The translations under genes were made by a program, and so were the position numbers. A stretch of DNA of 63,820 nucleotides, counting the filler, from Octopus bimaculoides (lineage: Eukaryota): the NCBI RefSeq assembly GCF_001194135.2. It is 5 parts of 5 records of this genome, joined end to end, with 100 filler letters (N's around TTAATTAATTAA, not from the genome) between each part and the next. Parts side by side here need not be neighbours in the genome. Positions count along the whole stretch, not along the records: positions 23,373 to 32,334 come from NC_068995.1; positions 32,435 to 52,843 come from NC_068999.1; 3 more parts are not named here. One strand, given 5' to 3'. This document shows positions 26,761 to 39,777 of the stretch, in pieces. Position 1 is the stretch's first letter; the number at the start of each line of letters is the position of its first letter. The notes beneath the pieces are model-generated. The model did not search any database. It was given only the letters and a program-made list of their open reading frames with translations, and was not told the origin of the DNA.

Positions 26761-27397
26761 NNNNNNNNNNNNNNNNNNNNNNNNNNNNNNNNNNNNNNNN
26801 NNNNNNNNNNNNNNNNNNNNNNNNNNNNNNNNNNNNNNNNNNNNNNNNNNNNNNNNNNNNNNNNNNNNNNNNNNNNNNNNNNNNNNNNNNNNNNNNNNNN
26901 NNNNNNNNNNNNNNNNNNNNNNNNNNNNNNNNNNNNNNNNNNNNNNNNNNNNNNNNNNNNNNNNNNNNNNNNNNNNNNNNNNNNNNNNNNNNNNNNNNNN
27001 NNNNNNNNNNNNNNNNNNNNNNNNNNNNNNNNNNNNNNNNNNNNNNNNNNNNNNNNNNNNNNNNNNNNNNNNNNNNNNNNNNNNNNNNNNNNNNNNNNNN
27101 NNNNNNNNNNNNNNNNNNNNNNNNNNNNNNNNNNNNNNNNNNNNNNNNNNNNNNNNNNNNNNNNNNNNNNNNNNNNNNNNNNNNNNNNNNNNNNNNNNNN
27201 NNNNNNNNNNNNNNNNNNNNNNNNNNNNNNNNNNNNNNNNNNNNNNNNNNNNNNNNNNNNNNNNNNNNNNNNNNNNNNNNNNNNNNNNNNNNNNNNNNNN
27301 NNNNNNNNNNNNNNNNNNNNNNNNNNNNNNNNNNNNNNTATATATATATATATATATATATGCATATATAGATAAATGTATATATTTATAAGCATAT

Positions 27398-27443
<46 letters not shown>

Positions 27444-28244
27444 GTGCATATACATGTATATATATACGTATATATATGCACACATATATAAGCATATATA
27501 TATATATACATACATATGTATATACTTATGTATACATATATAAGCATATATATATGTGTTTAAAAACATATATACATATTTATATGTGTGTATATATGTT
27601 TATATATACATATATATAAATATGTAAATATATACTTGTGTATATGTATGTGCGTGTATGTACATATGTCTATGTATATGTACGTTCAAACACACACACA
27701 CGCACACATATTGCTTCTTTTCTTTTCATAATACTTGTTTTTTTTCCATCTGTTCAGTTTTTAACTTGATTTAAAACAATATTTCTTCTAACGTTAACAA
27801 TTTTAGGTTGATGTCGTTAAGGGAGCAAGCTATGAGAAGGAATGTGAAAGGAATGCTGAATGTTCGGGGGTGGGAGCCCGGGTGGAGCGAGAGACAACCG
27901 GGTGTCTTAGGTCATTGTCTTGGGTATTTATTAGGTTAATATAATTTAGTCACACATTCACAAACACACACATATATAAATTATACCTAAATATGTATAT
28001 ATACACATATATTGAATACATATACATATATGCATATATTTGCATACATATATTTGTATATATATATATATATGCCTATGTATGTAAGTGTATATATATC
28101 TGTGTGCATGTGTAAATCTTTCTAATACAACCTTCATTCATACACACATACATGTATACGTACATTTACGTGCACAAACACACATACGCACACACATATT
28201 TAGAGGCAAAAATATGTAAGGTGACGACGATAAATAAAAGCAAA

Positions 28245-28630
28245 GTGAAATGCCAGAACTGGCTACCATCGTAGTGTATCATCTAAATTCAGGACCAGGT
28301 ACTGAAATAGTCTAGGGTTCAAAAGCCGACAGATCTTCAATGCTCTGCCACAAAAATTAAGAAATCTGCATAAGGTGGAAGTTGATGTCTTCAAAAATGA
28401 ACTAGACATCCTCCTCTCCACAATACCGGATGAACCAACAGCCCGACATGGAGTGCAGACGAGGGCAGCGGAATCAAGCTCCGTTATACACCAAATGTGC
28501 AATAAAGGTACATACAGGAGTGGTGATGTGAAACGCCTCATACTGAGGAAATCAGAAAGACCATGGTGATGCTCCAGCATGACCGCAAGTGCATGGCTAA
28601 AACGAGTAACAGAATAAAAGAATAAAAGAG
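28245..28630 (+). mobile_element. 3' end of a CR1/L2-group LINE (ORF2 C-terminus, 3'UTR, repeat tail)
   Basis: FRTRY*NSLGFK..IFNALPQKLRNLHKVEVDVFKNELDILLSTIPDEPT...RAAESSSVIHQM; ends gctccagcatgaccgca..agaataaaagaataaaag. Clade assignment is inference. Confidence 0.75.
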
Positions 28631-28830
28631 ATATATACATATATATATGTACATATGTAAGAGCAACACACCAACACATATGTACATTTATATGGAAACA
28701 TCCACGCTTCTAAACTTATACACACACCAATACTTATTCGAACATATACAAGCGCATACATATCTTTATCAGACCTATTGCGCCGGTACGTTGTGTCTGT
28801 ATGTATATGTATAGATAGATACATACATGC

Positions 28831-28864
<34 letters not shown>

Positions 28865-29028
28865 GCACACATATGCACACATATGCACGCGCACACACAC
28901 ACGTGATTGTTGCTAATGTTCACCTTTGAATAGTAATGTTATAGCAGAGAATCCTTGCCTTCGCGAAAGAAATTTTGAAAACTGCAATTTAACACAAAAC
29001 AGTCGCGTTTCTACACAAGTTTGTTGGC

Positions 29029-29070
<42 letters not shown>

Positions 29071-29245
29071 GCGTATATGTGTTGTTTGTGTGTGTATACA
29101 CATAGATTCTATTGAATCCTTATAACATATACAAGCATATATATATATATATACATGCATACATATTTATATACATATATATAGGTATACGTATGTATAG
29201 ATACTTAGAAGTGTGTATATATACATACATATATACATGCATACA

Positions 29246-29298
<53 letters not shown>

Positions 29299-29437
29299 TC
29301 ATATATCCACACACAGCTCACTCTTTGTATGTATGTGTGTGTGTGTATATTATACATGTGTGTATATTCTTTTATACCCAGGATAGTAAACTTCTGTAAA
29401 CTTTTGTACACACACACACACATATACATACATATAT

Positions 29438-29478
<41 letters not shown>

Positions 29479-29960
29479 CACGTTTCTTTATATTTCTACA
29501 GATAATATCTCGCTGCTGGAATGCATCATCTGTAACTTTTCAATTGAATTTTACAATAACCCGACGACATTTCTAACTGTAAAATAGCTTCAAACAATTG
29601 CTTATATATTCAATATTTTCAAGAGTTTTGGTTATTTTCTCTCTTATTCTCCTCATTTTTTTTCCTCCTTTCATTGATAATTTTATATTTTCGTTCTGTA
29701 AGTTTAGAAATCAGTTAAGTGTTACTCGTTATTATAAGTCTATAATCTACTTCGTCTTATTGACGGTATCTTTTGATATAAATGCTCTCCTCTGAATATA
29801 TTTGCTTTCATTGTGTTGCTGCTTATTTGTCTACCTTCGTATTTGTCTGTGTACCTTTTGCATTCTGTCCCTCCCTCTCTCTGGCTAGTCGTCTATCTAT
29901 ATATCTAGCTATATATAGCCATCTAACCTTCGCTCGATCGATCGATCGATCCATCCATCC

Positions 29961-30004
<44 letters not shown>

Positions 30005-30030
30005 GCCTACCTGTCTGCCTGTCTGTCTGT

Positions 30031-30170
30031 CTGTCCGTTCGTACGTCCGTCNNNNNNNNNNTCCGTTCGTACGTCCGTCTGCCTGTCCGCTGTCTGTCCG
30101 TTCGTACGTCCGTCTGCCTGTCCGCTGTCTGTCCGTTCGTACGTCCGTCTGCCTGTCCGCTGTCTGTTCG
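30031..30170. repeat. 35-bp minisatellite (ctgtccgttcgtacgtccgtctgcctgtccgctgt), about 3-4 copies
   Basis: Directly visible, continuous with a TATC/TGTC array. Confidence 0.85.
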
Positions 30171-30398
30171 TCCATCTGTCGGTCTTCTATGTAACTTCAT
30201 ATTTCCACACCTGGCTATATTTACCCGATTTAAACTATAGTTTAAGAATAGTTCTTATTCTTGTTTGACCTCTAAGAGTCAAAAATTATGAAGCTCATCT
30301 ATCATTAAACCTCGGCTGCTCTTACCACCCCAGCTTTTTTTTTTTCAGGTGCTGTGGTCCGGAATATAGTATATAACTTGAAGCCTCTGTTCCTTAAA

Positions 30399-30471
30399 GG
30401 TTCGCTTGTGTAATCGGTAGCACACTCATGATGTGGGTAGAGTCCCACGCGTACGGAAAACCTTTTTTTTT
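30399..30471 (+). pseudogene. Truncated tRNA-like sequence with T-run
   Basis: D arm GTGT/GCAC, T stem GTGGG/CCCAC, anticodon arm deleted; paralogue of 30700-30773. Confidence 0.4.
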
Positions 30472-30699
30472 CTGTTAAGGATTCATATGCTCCATCATTA
30501 GATTATGTTCTTTAGTCATTGCACGGTGATCGCTGTAAACTTTAAGCTTATAAAAATACTTCATACTATTATTATCATTTACAGAAATGTAAAAATCGGC
30601 ACTGCTTAACAAACCCATTCGCTGTAAACAGCACATGAAAGTTTTACAAAAACAACTGCAACAATTATAGTTCTTAAATCTGACGGAAATAAGCAGGTA

Positions 30700-30791
30700 G
30701 GTTCGCTAGTGTAATTGGTAGCGCACTCGGCCATGTAAGAAGAGCAGTGTAGGTTCGAATCCAACGCATACGGAATGCCTAAATTTTTTTT
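30700..30791 (+). pseudogene. tRNA-like sequence (pseudogene or SINE head) with T-run
   Basis: TAGTGTAATTGGTAGC A box, GGTTCGAATCC B box; poor anticodon and acceptor stems; T8 at 30784-30791. Confidence 0.5.
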
Positions 30792-30794
30792 CTG

Positions 30795-31267
30795 TCATCA
30801 AAAAAAGTTAATGGTGTCTGTTTGGTGGGTCCAGCGCTGGTGTCATCCATTACAATTTCATGCGACCTGGCAAGTCAATTAGAGCGGCTGTATACATCAA
30901 CCAATTGGATGAAATGATGAGTGAACTTGCAATTAAACAATAGAGGTTGGTCAATACAGACAGGCCAATTCTCTTGCAAGACAATGCTCGACCACATGTT
31001 GCACAAAGAACGCTACTCAAGTTACAGGAACTGGACTTGGAAGTACTCAGTCATCCACCATATTCACCAGACCTTGCACCAACTGACTATCACATTTTCC
31101 AGGCATTAGACAGCTTTTTGCAAAGAAAGAACTTCAAATCTGAAGAAGATACAAAAACAGCCTTTCGTGATTTCATCACCTCCAGCTCTCCAGAATTCTT
31201 CGCCGCCGGCATAAATAAGCTACCGATAAAATGGTAAAATTGTGTTGATAATTTAGGTGCATATTTT
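30795..31267 (+). pseudogene. mariner (DD34D) transposase 3' half
   Basis: HQKKLMVSVW..GVIHY..; LLQDNARPH..HPPYSPDLAPTDYH with exactly 34 residues between the two Asp; one in-frame stop; ends LGAYF at a gap. Confidence 0.92.
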
Positions 31268-31682
31268 NNNNNNNNNNNNNNNNNNNNNNNNNNNNNNNNN
31301 NNNNNNNNNNNNNNNNNNNNNNNNNNNNNNNNNNNNNNNNNNNNNNNNNNNNNNNNNNNNNNNNNNNNNNNNNNNNNNNNNNNNNNNNNNNNNNNNNNNN
31401 NNNNNNNNNNNNNNNNNNNNNNNNNNNNNNNNNNNNNNNNNNNNNNNNNNNNNNNNNNNNNNNNNNNNNNNNNNNNNNNNNNNNNNNNNNNNNNNNNNNN
31501 NNNNNNNNNNNNNNNNNNNNNNNNNNNNNNNNNNNNNNNNNNNNNNNNNNNNNNNNNNNNNNNNNNNNNNNNNNNNNNNNNNNNNNNNNNNNNNNNNNNN
31601 NNNNNNNNNNNNNNNNNNNNNNNNNNNNNNNNNNNNNNNNNNNNNNNNNNNNNNNNNNNNNNNNNNNNNNNNNNNNNNNNNN

Positions 31683-31714
<32 letters not shown>

Positions 31715-32649
31715 CTGTACGCACATACACATATGCGTCTGTATAATTGTCTATTTGTATATATATCTATCTCTATCTATCTATACATCTCTATCTATGT
31801 CTTTCTCTATTTGTCTATTTGTCTGTTTGAAGTCACGCAAAGTATATATTCTATTGGCAGCTAATTTAACCGGATCTCGTATCTACATTACAACCCCAAA
31901 ACTGTAACTAATTAATACATTAGTGCATATACCGTATATCATCAAACAAACACATACCTCTCACCTAATGAAAATGTAGACAAATACAACAGACGATATG
32001 AATAGGCATGCAATTTAACACTGCAGACGATCACAATTCGCAGAAACGTCTAAAAGCAGACGATCACCTCACTCATGCAAATGTAGAGATCGTTTCGTAT
32101 GTCACATCACACATTTAGATAAACCTGTTAAATATAGCAAATTGATATCGGGGAATTTGGGAAAGCATCTTCTGTTTATTTATATTCATATAGCAAAAAT
32201 ATACTAAAAGTAATTCCACTGAAATCATCATCATCATCCTTATTATTTTTTATATTGCCATTATAATTCAATTTCAATTTAGTAATATGATCAAGTATGT
32301 ATACTATATGTGTACGTGTGTGCGCTTAAATATANNNNNNNNNNNNNNNNNNNNNNNNNNNNNNNNNNNNNNNNNNNNTTAATTAATTAANNNNNNNNNN
32401 NNNNNNNNNNNNNNNNNNNNNNNNNNNNNNNNNNTATATATATATATATATTTGTTCTTATTTGTGACGACATCACTCTCTCACTCTGTCTATCTCTGTA
32501 CTTCTCTCTCTGTATTTATATATATAAGAAGAGAGATAACGAGAGAGAGAGAGAGAGTGCGTTAGAGAGAGAGAGAGAGGTCGTCAAATAAGACATGTAT
32601 TTTCTTATACAGTTATGCCTTTTCTAAATTATCAACACAATATTCAAAT

Positions 32650-33515
32650 AAACTGGCACCCTTCAGTCGAAGTAAAACCATTTATATTCTTTTCTATAGT
32701 TGATATTCATAAGAAAACATATTACGTTAAAAGCATAAGAAACTGCAATATAAAATATTGATACTAAAGTTCTTATTGCTCTCGGAATATCTGATAGTAT
32801 CCTCCAATATCTATAGTGTGATACAAAACAAATAACATAAGTTCGACCACACCTGAATATATCATATACAAAATGCTTTGGATATGTTTAATGGTTGGCA
32901 GGTGATTATAAATTAGGTACATCATTTTCATTGCAATATATGTTTGAATAAGTTATACTATATTGTATATCTGTATTTTGTATCACACTATAGGTATTGG
33001 AGGACACTATCAGATATTTTCTTTTACGTGAGAAAGAAGAAATTTACTATGAATATTTATATAGCGGTTTCGTACACTTTCAAAGTACAATATTTTCAGA
33101 TGAATATCACCTATCAAAATGAATATTTATGGTGTTACTTCGACTGATGGGTGCGATTTATACTATCTCTGTATGAGTTATACCATCTAATTAAATATGA
33201 TTTAGTTTTGGTATTGGCAGTTTGATACAAAGCATTATCTTCGAATCGTTGTCGGGACTTACATGCTAATTTTGTATGAGGAAATATGGAGGCGACTTTG
33301 TTTAAATGTCTTTGCCTATTTACTGTACTCCGTAGATTTTAAAACTTTCAAAACCAACCGAACGGATTATTATCGCGTTTTGAAATGATAAACCTAACTG
33401 TATTAGCAGTAGGATATCAGAGACTTGTCGTAATACTAATTAAATAACATTCCTCCATCAGTAATATGGATTAAATTGTTTAATGACACCAAAGTTTTAT
33501 AGAATTTATTCCCAT
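32650..33515. mobile_element. AT-rich element with ~185-bp inverted arms
   Basis: gcacccttcagtcgaagtaa and atatctgatagtatcctccaatatctatagtgtgatacaaaa (32655-32830) recur inverted at 32975-33155; the block continuing to 33515 is assigned to the element by inference. Confidence 0.6.
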
Positions 33516-33629
33516 ATATATACATATATATATATATACAAAAATAGTTTATTCTCAAAAGCATAATAATGCTAATACAATAGCATGAACAGGATAAACT
33601 ATCGAATTATTGCAGAAAAATTCGTTATC

Positions 33630-33701
33630 AGCCGGCCATGAGACTCGAACTCACATCCCTGTGATTACGCGTCAAGTGCTTTACCTTTAAGCTAAACTGC
33701 C
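33630..33701 (-). pseudogene. tRNA-Thr(CGT)-like pseudogene / tRNA-derived repeat
   Basis: 72-nt cloverleaf: D stem GCTT/AAGC, loop CG-CGT-AA, T arm GTGAG-TTCGAGT-CTCAT; two mismatches each in acceptor and anticodon stems, G at position 33. Confidence 0.6.
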
Positions 33702-33939
33702 CAGTAACAAATCGTTCAGCAATTTTAGGATTTATAATTCTACCGTTATAAGACTCTAACGTTAAATTCAACTTACGATGGAAGTATAAATATATTCATA
33801 AATACATATATACATACATGCATCCATCCATCCATCCATCCATCCATCCATACATACATACATACATACATACGTGTGTGTGTGTGTGTGTGTGTGNNNN
33901 NNNNNNTCCATCCATCCATACATACATACATACATACAT

Positions 33940-33977
<38 letters not shown>

Positions 33978-33981
<4 letters not shown>

Positions 33982-34330
33982 CTTTGTGGTAATGTATATT
34001 GCATTGCAATCACACGGTCTCAGGCTCGTTTTCATTGCACGAAATATTAGACAAGTACCTTCTTGTGTAATCCCGAGCCTTGTGAATTTGCTAGACGGAA
34101 GTATAGCATGTATGTAAGCGTGTGCGTCTGTATGTAGGTGTGCGTGTGTACGTGTGTCCTCCTTTATCTTGACTACAGGTGTCAGTTTGTTTCCTGGCCC
34201 CACGATAAAAGAAACCGACAGATAAGTAACGAAGAGGAAAATAATTACTAGAGTCGATTCGATCGTCCAAACGTTTCATAGTGGTATCCCAGCATGGCCA
34301 CAATACAATAATTAAATAGGTAAAATATAA
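33978..34330 (+). mobile_element. Old, diverged full-length SINE B
   Basis: gtggctttgtggtaa head, agccttgtgaatttgctagacggaa, GT-rich linker, gagtcgattcgatcg, cccagcatggccaca tail. Confidence 0.6.
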
Positions 34331-34851
34331 AAATAGAACATAGGTCCATAACTCCACTGACATCCACTCCCATAAATACACACATGCACACACATACATG
34401 TATATACATAGATAGATACATACATGGTGTTATTGGAAAGAGACATTGTCGTGGCAAATCAAATAGAAACGGAGTGTATAAAGGAATCATAATTTACAAT
34501 TTTGCTTTAATTCGCCACAAAATTTATTTTTCTAATATAATGTTTCCTAATTCAATATTCATTCTTCAGCGTAGTGTTTCATTTTTATTATTTCAAAATT
34601 TCTCTATTTGTTATTCTATTTTACAATTTAGATGAGACATATTGCAGACATATTGGCGTTTTCTCAGAAATAAACTCATTTCTAAAGCATATGAGTGATA
34701 GCTAGATAACATTCTCCTTCAAAATCATATTATTATGATATGGAATATATATAAAATCGCAAGTTTCGAATCTACAGAAATTATCAAAACCATTTATATA
34801 TATGCATGTACGGATATATGTGTGTGTATATGTGAGTGTTCATATATACAT

Positions 34852-34890
<39 letters not shown>

Positions 34891-35838
34891 CACATGTGGG
34901 TATGTATACACACACAAACACACACACGCACATATATATTGAAGTCGAAAAAAAACTTTTCAGAAAGTGTTTCTCAGCGCATCATGTGACCTATCGTCAG
35001 ACAGTTACGATGATACGGAATACATTATTGGATACATATACATACATCCACACGTCCATACATATGTATATACATGCAAATATAAGCACGCACACGCATA
35101 CACACATACATATATATACAAAGAAGATGCGTATATGTTTATATTTTATAATTTCTCTATATCAGAGAAATATGAATAATCTACTCCATACTGTTCTTTG
35201 TAAAATTTGTGTTTTTCTCATTAAATTCTTAGAATATTTGTTCAATATCCTTTATATATATAATGCACATTTTTGTAATTAGTTCCCATTCTTAATTTCG
35301 GATACGTCTTGTTTATAATTTTACGCATAATTTCGAAGTTCTTTTATCAGACTAGATTTTGCTTTGCTTAGGGTGAATACTGGGGAGGATTATGCGAAGA
35401 ATTTTCGGCGAAATGTCTGTGTATGTATATGTGTGTGTGGCGGGTGTCTGTGTCTATATATACAAGGGATAATCTGGGAAATATTTATGTAGTTCATCGT
35501 CTTTCTACCAGGCACAACGTATTGTTCCTGAATTTGAGCTGTTATATTTCTGTATATAATATGCACAAATAAATATGTTGTCTTCCTTAAAGAACTTCGC
35601 TGAGTCTAATACGAATTTATGCTACAAAATGTACGAATATATCTGCTTATATAGCCAGATATTCTGTTCATAGGATAATTTCAGACTTCACAGACTGGAA
35701 TACATGAAAGTACAATTTTACAACTGAAAAATCTAAGTATTCGTCATTCTTTGTGGTGCTGCATGCTAATTGCTGACTTTAGATATATGTACTAAACGCG
35801 TCATTTAATAACTTCGAGTGAAATAACTAGAAAATTGA

Positions 35839-36060
35839 TTTGGAATCCGGTCTGCAGCCTCACAGCAAAAGAAAAAGGGAAGCGTCTCACCGTATCATAC
35901 GTGTGTGTACAGGAGAATAAATGACTGGGAAAATCTAAGAGTTGATATTTTTGTGAAAGCTTTTAAAAAGTGCAGAATTATTAATGCACTTGGTGGCACA
36001 GAACACGAAGCTTTATTTGAAGACAGCCATGATGAGTGTTGGGGGTATAGAGATGATTAA
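35839..36060 (+). pseudogene. pogo/Tigger-like transposase C-terminal remnant
   Basis: WENLRVDIFVKAFKKCRIINALGGTEHEALFEDSHDE, cf. the pogo-type motif IVKSFKKCGISNALDGTEDD. Confidence 0.6.
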
Positions 36061-37869
36061 AGCATTGTTACATAACACTAATGGTTTTCTGATATTTTTG
36101 TTGAGTTTTTTGGTTTATGATCTACTCTAATGCTAGCCAGCTCTCATATAAAATACATTTTGCTATTGCTAAGGTGATTGTCGTTTCTTTTGTAGTAATT
36201 TAATACTTTGTTCGTGTACGGTATGATATTTTCATTGCAAATGTCTGATTTCCTGTTTTATGTTCAACTACAGAGGTGACTTGCTTTGTGTAAAATGTTT
36301 TCTGTTACAGCTAAGGTGTTTTTGTTTTGGCTTTCTTTTCCTTGTCGTCTTTTATTATTGTATTCACGAATGATATTTTCACTGCAATTGACTGTTCTTG
36401 TATGATTTCCTGATTTAGTGGTATTTTCAAATCAAATGGTAACTCGTTGCTATATAATATTTTCTGTTATATTGAAGCTGCTTTTAATTTTCTCTTTTAA
36501 ATTAGAGCAGTTATTGTTATTAAAATTACTTTTCTGACAATTTAGCTGCATGCTTTGTCCAAAATATTCTGCTGTGCAGAAATTACATATTTGCATAATG
36601 ATTAAATGATTAACTATAAAAAAAAAGAAGGAACGTAGATTTTATTATTCACTGCTAAAGTAGTGAATTTTTTTTATATGCTTTCTGTATCATATAGCAC
36701 CGAATGCATTGTTAAATTTTGAATGATCTAACGGTTGCATCTTGTTAATATCTATTACATCTCAGGCACTAAAGACCCATTTTTGTCCATGACAGATTAT
36801 ATCACGTGATAATTTTATTTATTTCTAAAGGAGGAATGAAAACGCCAATCTATAGGGATTGTGCTGCTGTTTTGCTATTTTAATATTATATAAATATATA
36901 TTCCTAAAAATATTAAATGTAAATGCGAACAAATTATATATCGTTCTCGCTATATTCCCGATGTTGAAACGTTTCCCTAGACACAAAGAAACATCTGCAA
37001 AATGCATGTGTCACTTTTTCATAGGTAGTAAAAGGTATCTGAGTTTATTGGTGTAGTGTTTAAGCATAAGTAATTGTATCACTAAAGCAGTCAAAGTGAC
37101 ATTTCATTGATAAATGTTATGTGGAAGTCCGTCGAAGGACAATTCCTCAGACCATACTAGATGCTAAGTTTAACACAGTCCCCGATCTTTCATCATATTT
37201 AGCTGTTAGAACAACTTTATTAAGATGACTTATTTTTTTTCCTCCATTCAGTTAGCGACCACTTTTAATTGGCTAGAAATATATTAAAAAAGAAAAGAAA
37301 GAAATTTATGGACTCGTGAGTTTTAAATGTTATCATAATTTCAGTGAATCACCGCATAAAACAGGTAAGTTTTAATGCATGCTTCTATTTATACTTCACG
37401 ATGTAGTGTATACTTAAATTATACTCAGAAATATTTTCTACAACTCAGGAAAAGGATTATTCGTAGAGAGGTGAATCTAACATAAGCCTGTCGTAACAGG
37501 AGGACTGGGATAAATATTTGTTACTAACCCGAAACTTTTAGCAAAATATTTATTTGAAATGAATTAGTCACAATGCTTATTGGAAGAAAGGAGATTACAA
37601 AAGTATTCTTCCATTGTAACTGTGATTCTAATCATATGTGACGTAATGTATTACTGCTGGTACTGTTTTTTTTTACCGTATAAGTTAGACAAACTAAGTA
37701 AATTATCATCACTCTTCTCACCAGTCTGGTGTGATTAACGCAGACGGTGTTAAACTCGAAAGTTAGCACGTAGCCAAAGAAATAGCAAGAAGGAGTTAAA
37801 AAGGAAGGTACTACTCTGACAATTACAAAAGTATTTTGTTCTGTTGAATAATACAGTATTTCACGTGAC

Positions 37870-37995
37870 GAATTGTCAGAATCGTGAAGGTGTCGGATAG
37901 AATGCTTTTCGGTATCTCTGCCGGTTTCCTATAATTTGATTTCAAATTTCAACGTGTATGATTTTGCTTTTCACATTTTTGAGAAGATATATAGA
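37870..37995 (+). mobile_element. Old SINE A fragment
   Basis: cagaatcgt..cggatagaatgctt..cggtat..ttcaaatttc..ttttgcttttcac. Confidence 0.5.
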
Positions 37996-39777
37996 TTATA
38001 TTTATAGGTTGATGGATTTGCAGAACTGTTATAATGTACAGCAAGTTGTTTTGTGTACCTTGGCTTTGTGAGATCAATTTCCCATGTAAGAGTCATCATT
38101 AAAATGCATATCAGCCACGAATAACGTATAAGAGCTTTTCTTTAATCCATTCATTTATAAAGGCAGAGATATATCCATTACAAAGAAATACACAAACGAC
38201 CGCATGAACTACAAAAAAATTTATAGTGATCTTGTAAGAAATAGTACGGTCGCCAACACATTCCCAGAAACTCAGCCTCTGGTAACCTTTCTACTTATAT
38301 ATTATCAATTTTGCTTTAATGACTTTTAAACGTTATTCACAAAGAATATTACTATGATCCCGAAATTTGTGCAATGGATTTATCAATCAATATAAAAAAA
38401 CGGTATTTATTCCTGTATGATATTCTATTAATAATATAAGGCATTAAAAGAATAATATAATGTGAACGGATCCATTTTCTCTAATGCTTTAATACAAGTT
38501 TTTTATATCCTGTTGTTGAGAGGAAATTATTTTTGTAATTATATAATGTATTTATGAAAGGCTATGGAACCCTCTATTTTTGGACCTAGATATACGATAC
38601 AGAAAAGGATTTCCGCTCTTGAAACATGAAACTTTAAGCTTCGTTAAATCTAAAATTGTTCAGAATGAACATTTTCTTGTTCATCATGTCGTTATTAATG
38701 TATTTACATAAACTAAAGTTGTTTTCATCTTCTTTTATTTCTTATTGTTTTGCTTTATTTTTAATTCGCCATTTAACAAAGTTTGGCTATACTTTGTAAA
38801 AATGAAAAGAAAGAAAAAGAAATAAGAAGCAAAAATCAATCATGTTTCGTAAGTTTAGTAATTATTTTCATAATTATTTCCTAAGAATTATTTGTCCTTC
38901 AAGAATCTTTTACTTTATTTTCTTATCATCACTCTATTATTTTGTATAGCTGATTTTTTTATATATATATTTTTTAAAGCTGAAAATATAAAATTAATCT
39001 CCACTAACGCTTAAGTGATCTTTGATCAACATTTGCTCACACAAATTAATCGATATATGAACAAAAACGAAAAAAAAAATGAAAAATTGCAAACTAATTT
39101 TAAAAATCGATCAAATAATAGCCAGTAAAACCAGAAAAAAACTGACCTTGCATTAGTAAGTCATACGCTTCAAATAGATTCATTGAATTCTTACGTATAA
39201 AAGAATGTAGTGTGGGTTCAAGAATGTCTATTAATGATTCTCTTTCACACATATATTCTCATATAGTTCATTACTCAAAAACAAAAAAGAAATTGCTATT
39301 TAAACTGTTCTGTTAATTAACATTTACAGTCACATTTTCCATGTAAAGTATTTATTTTTTAAGGTTGTAAATTGATAGAATCTTTGAAGCATCGGATAAA
39401 ATATCTTGCACTATTCATTACAAATGTTTGCATTTTGTGTTCAATCCTTGAGCAGGTCAACCTTTACAAGTCGTAATTTCGAGGTTAATATATATAATAC
39501 TATTCAGTACTGAATCAATTCCCCCCTTTCTTCATCCCCCTCTCTCTCTCAACAGGTTTCTCCCGCTCAGTCTCTTTGTGTCTCTGTCTCTTTCTCACAA
39601 GATTTCACTAGAAATTCATTGTTCCAGCCTTCTTACATCGTGTAATACAGTTTCAGCTTGACAAATTTATTAAAAGTTAATGTGTCCTTGGAGTACTCAG
39701 CTACTAAAGATTACGTTTCATGAATTGGGATTGAGTTGGATGAGTAATGAAATGAATGCCTTAATCATATATTTTAA

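Noticed and set aside
30031-30170. CRISPR-like array
   Set aside because: Contiguous repeats with no spacers, in eukaryotic DNA.
38099-38330. ELFFNPFIYKGR.. resembling a GPCR NPxxY motif
   Set aside because: In-frame stops upstream, no transmembrane helices, weak splice sites; a five-residue match is likely chance.
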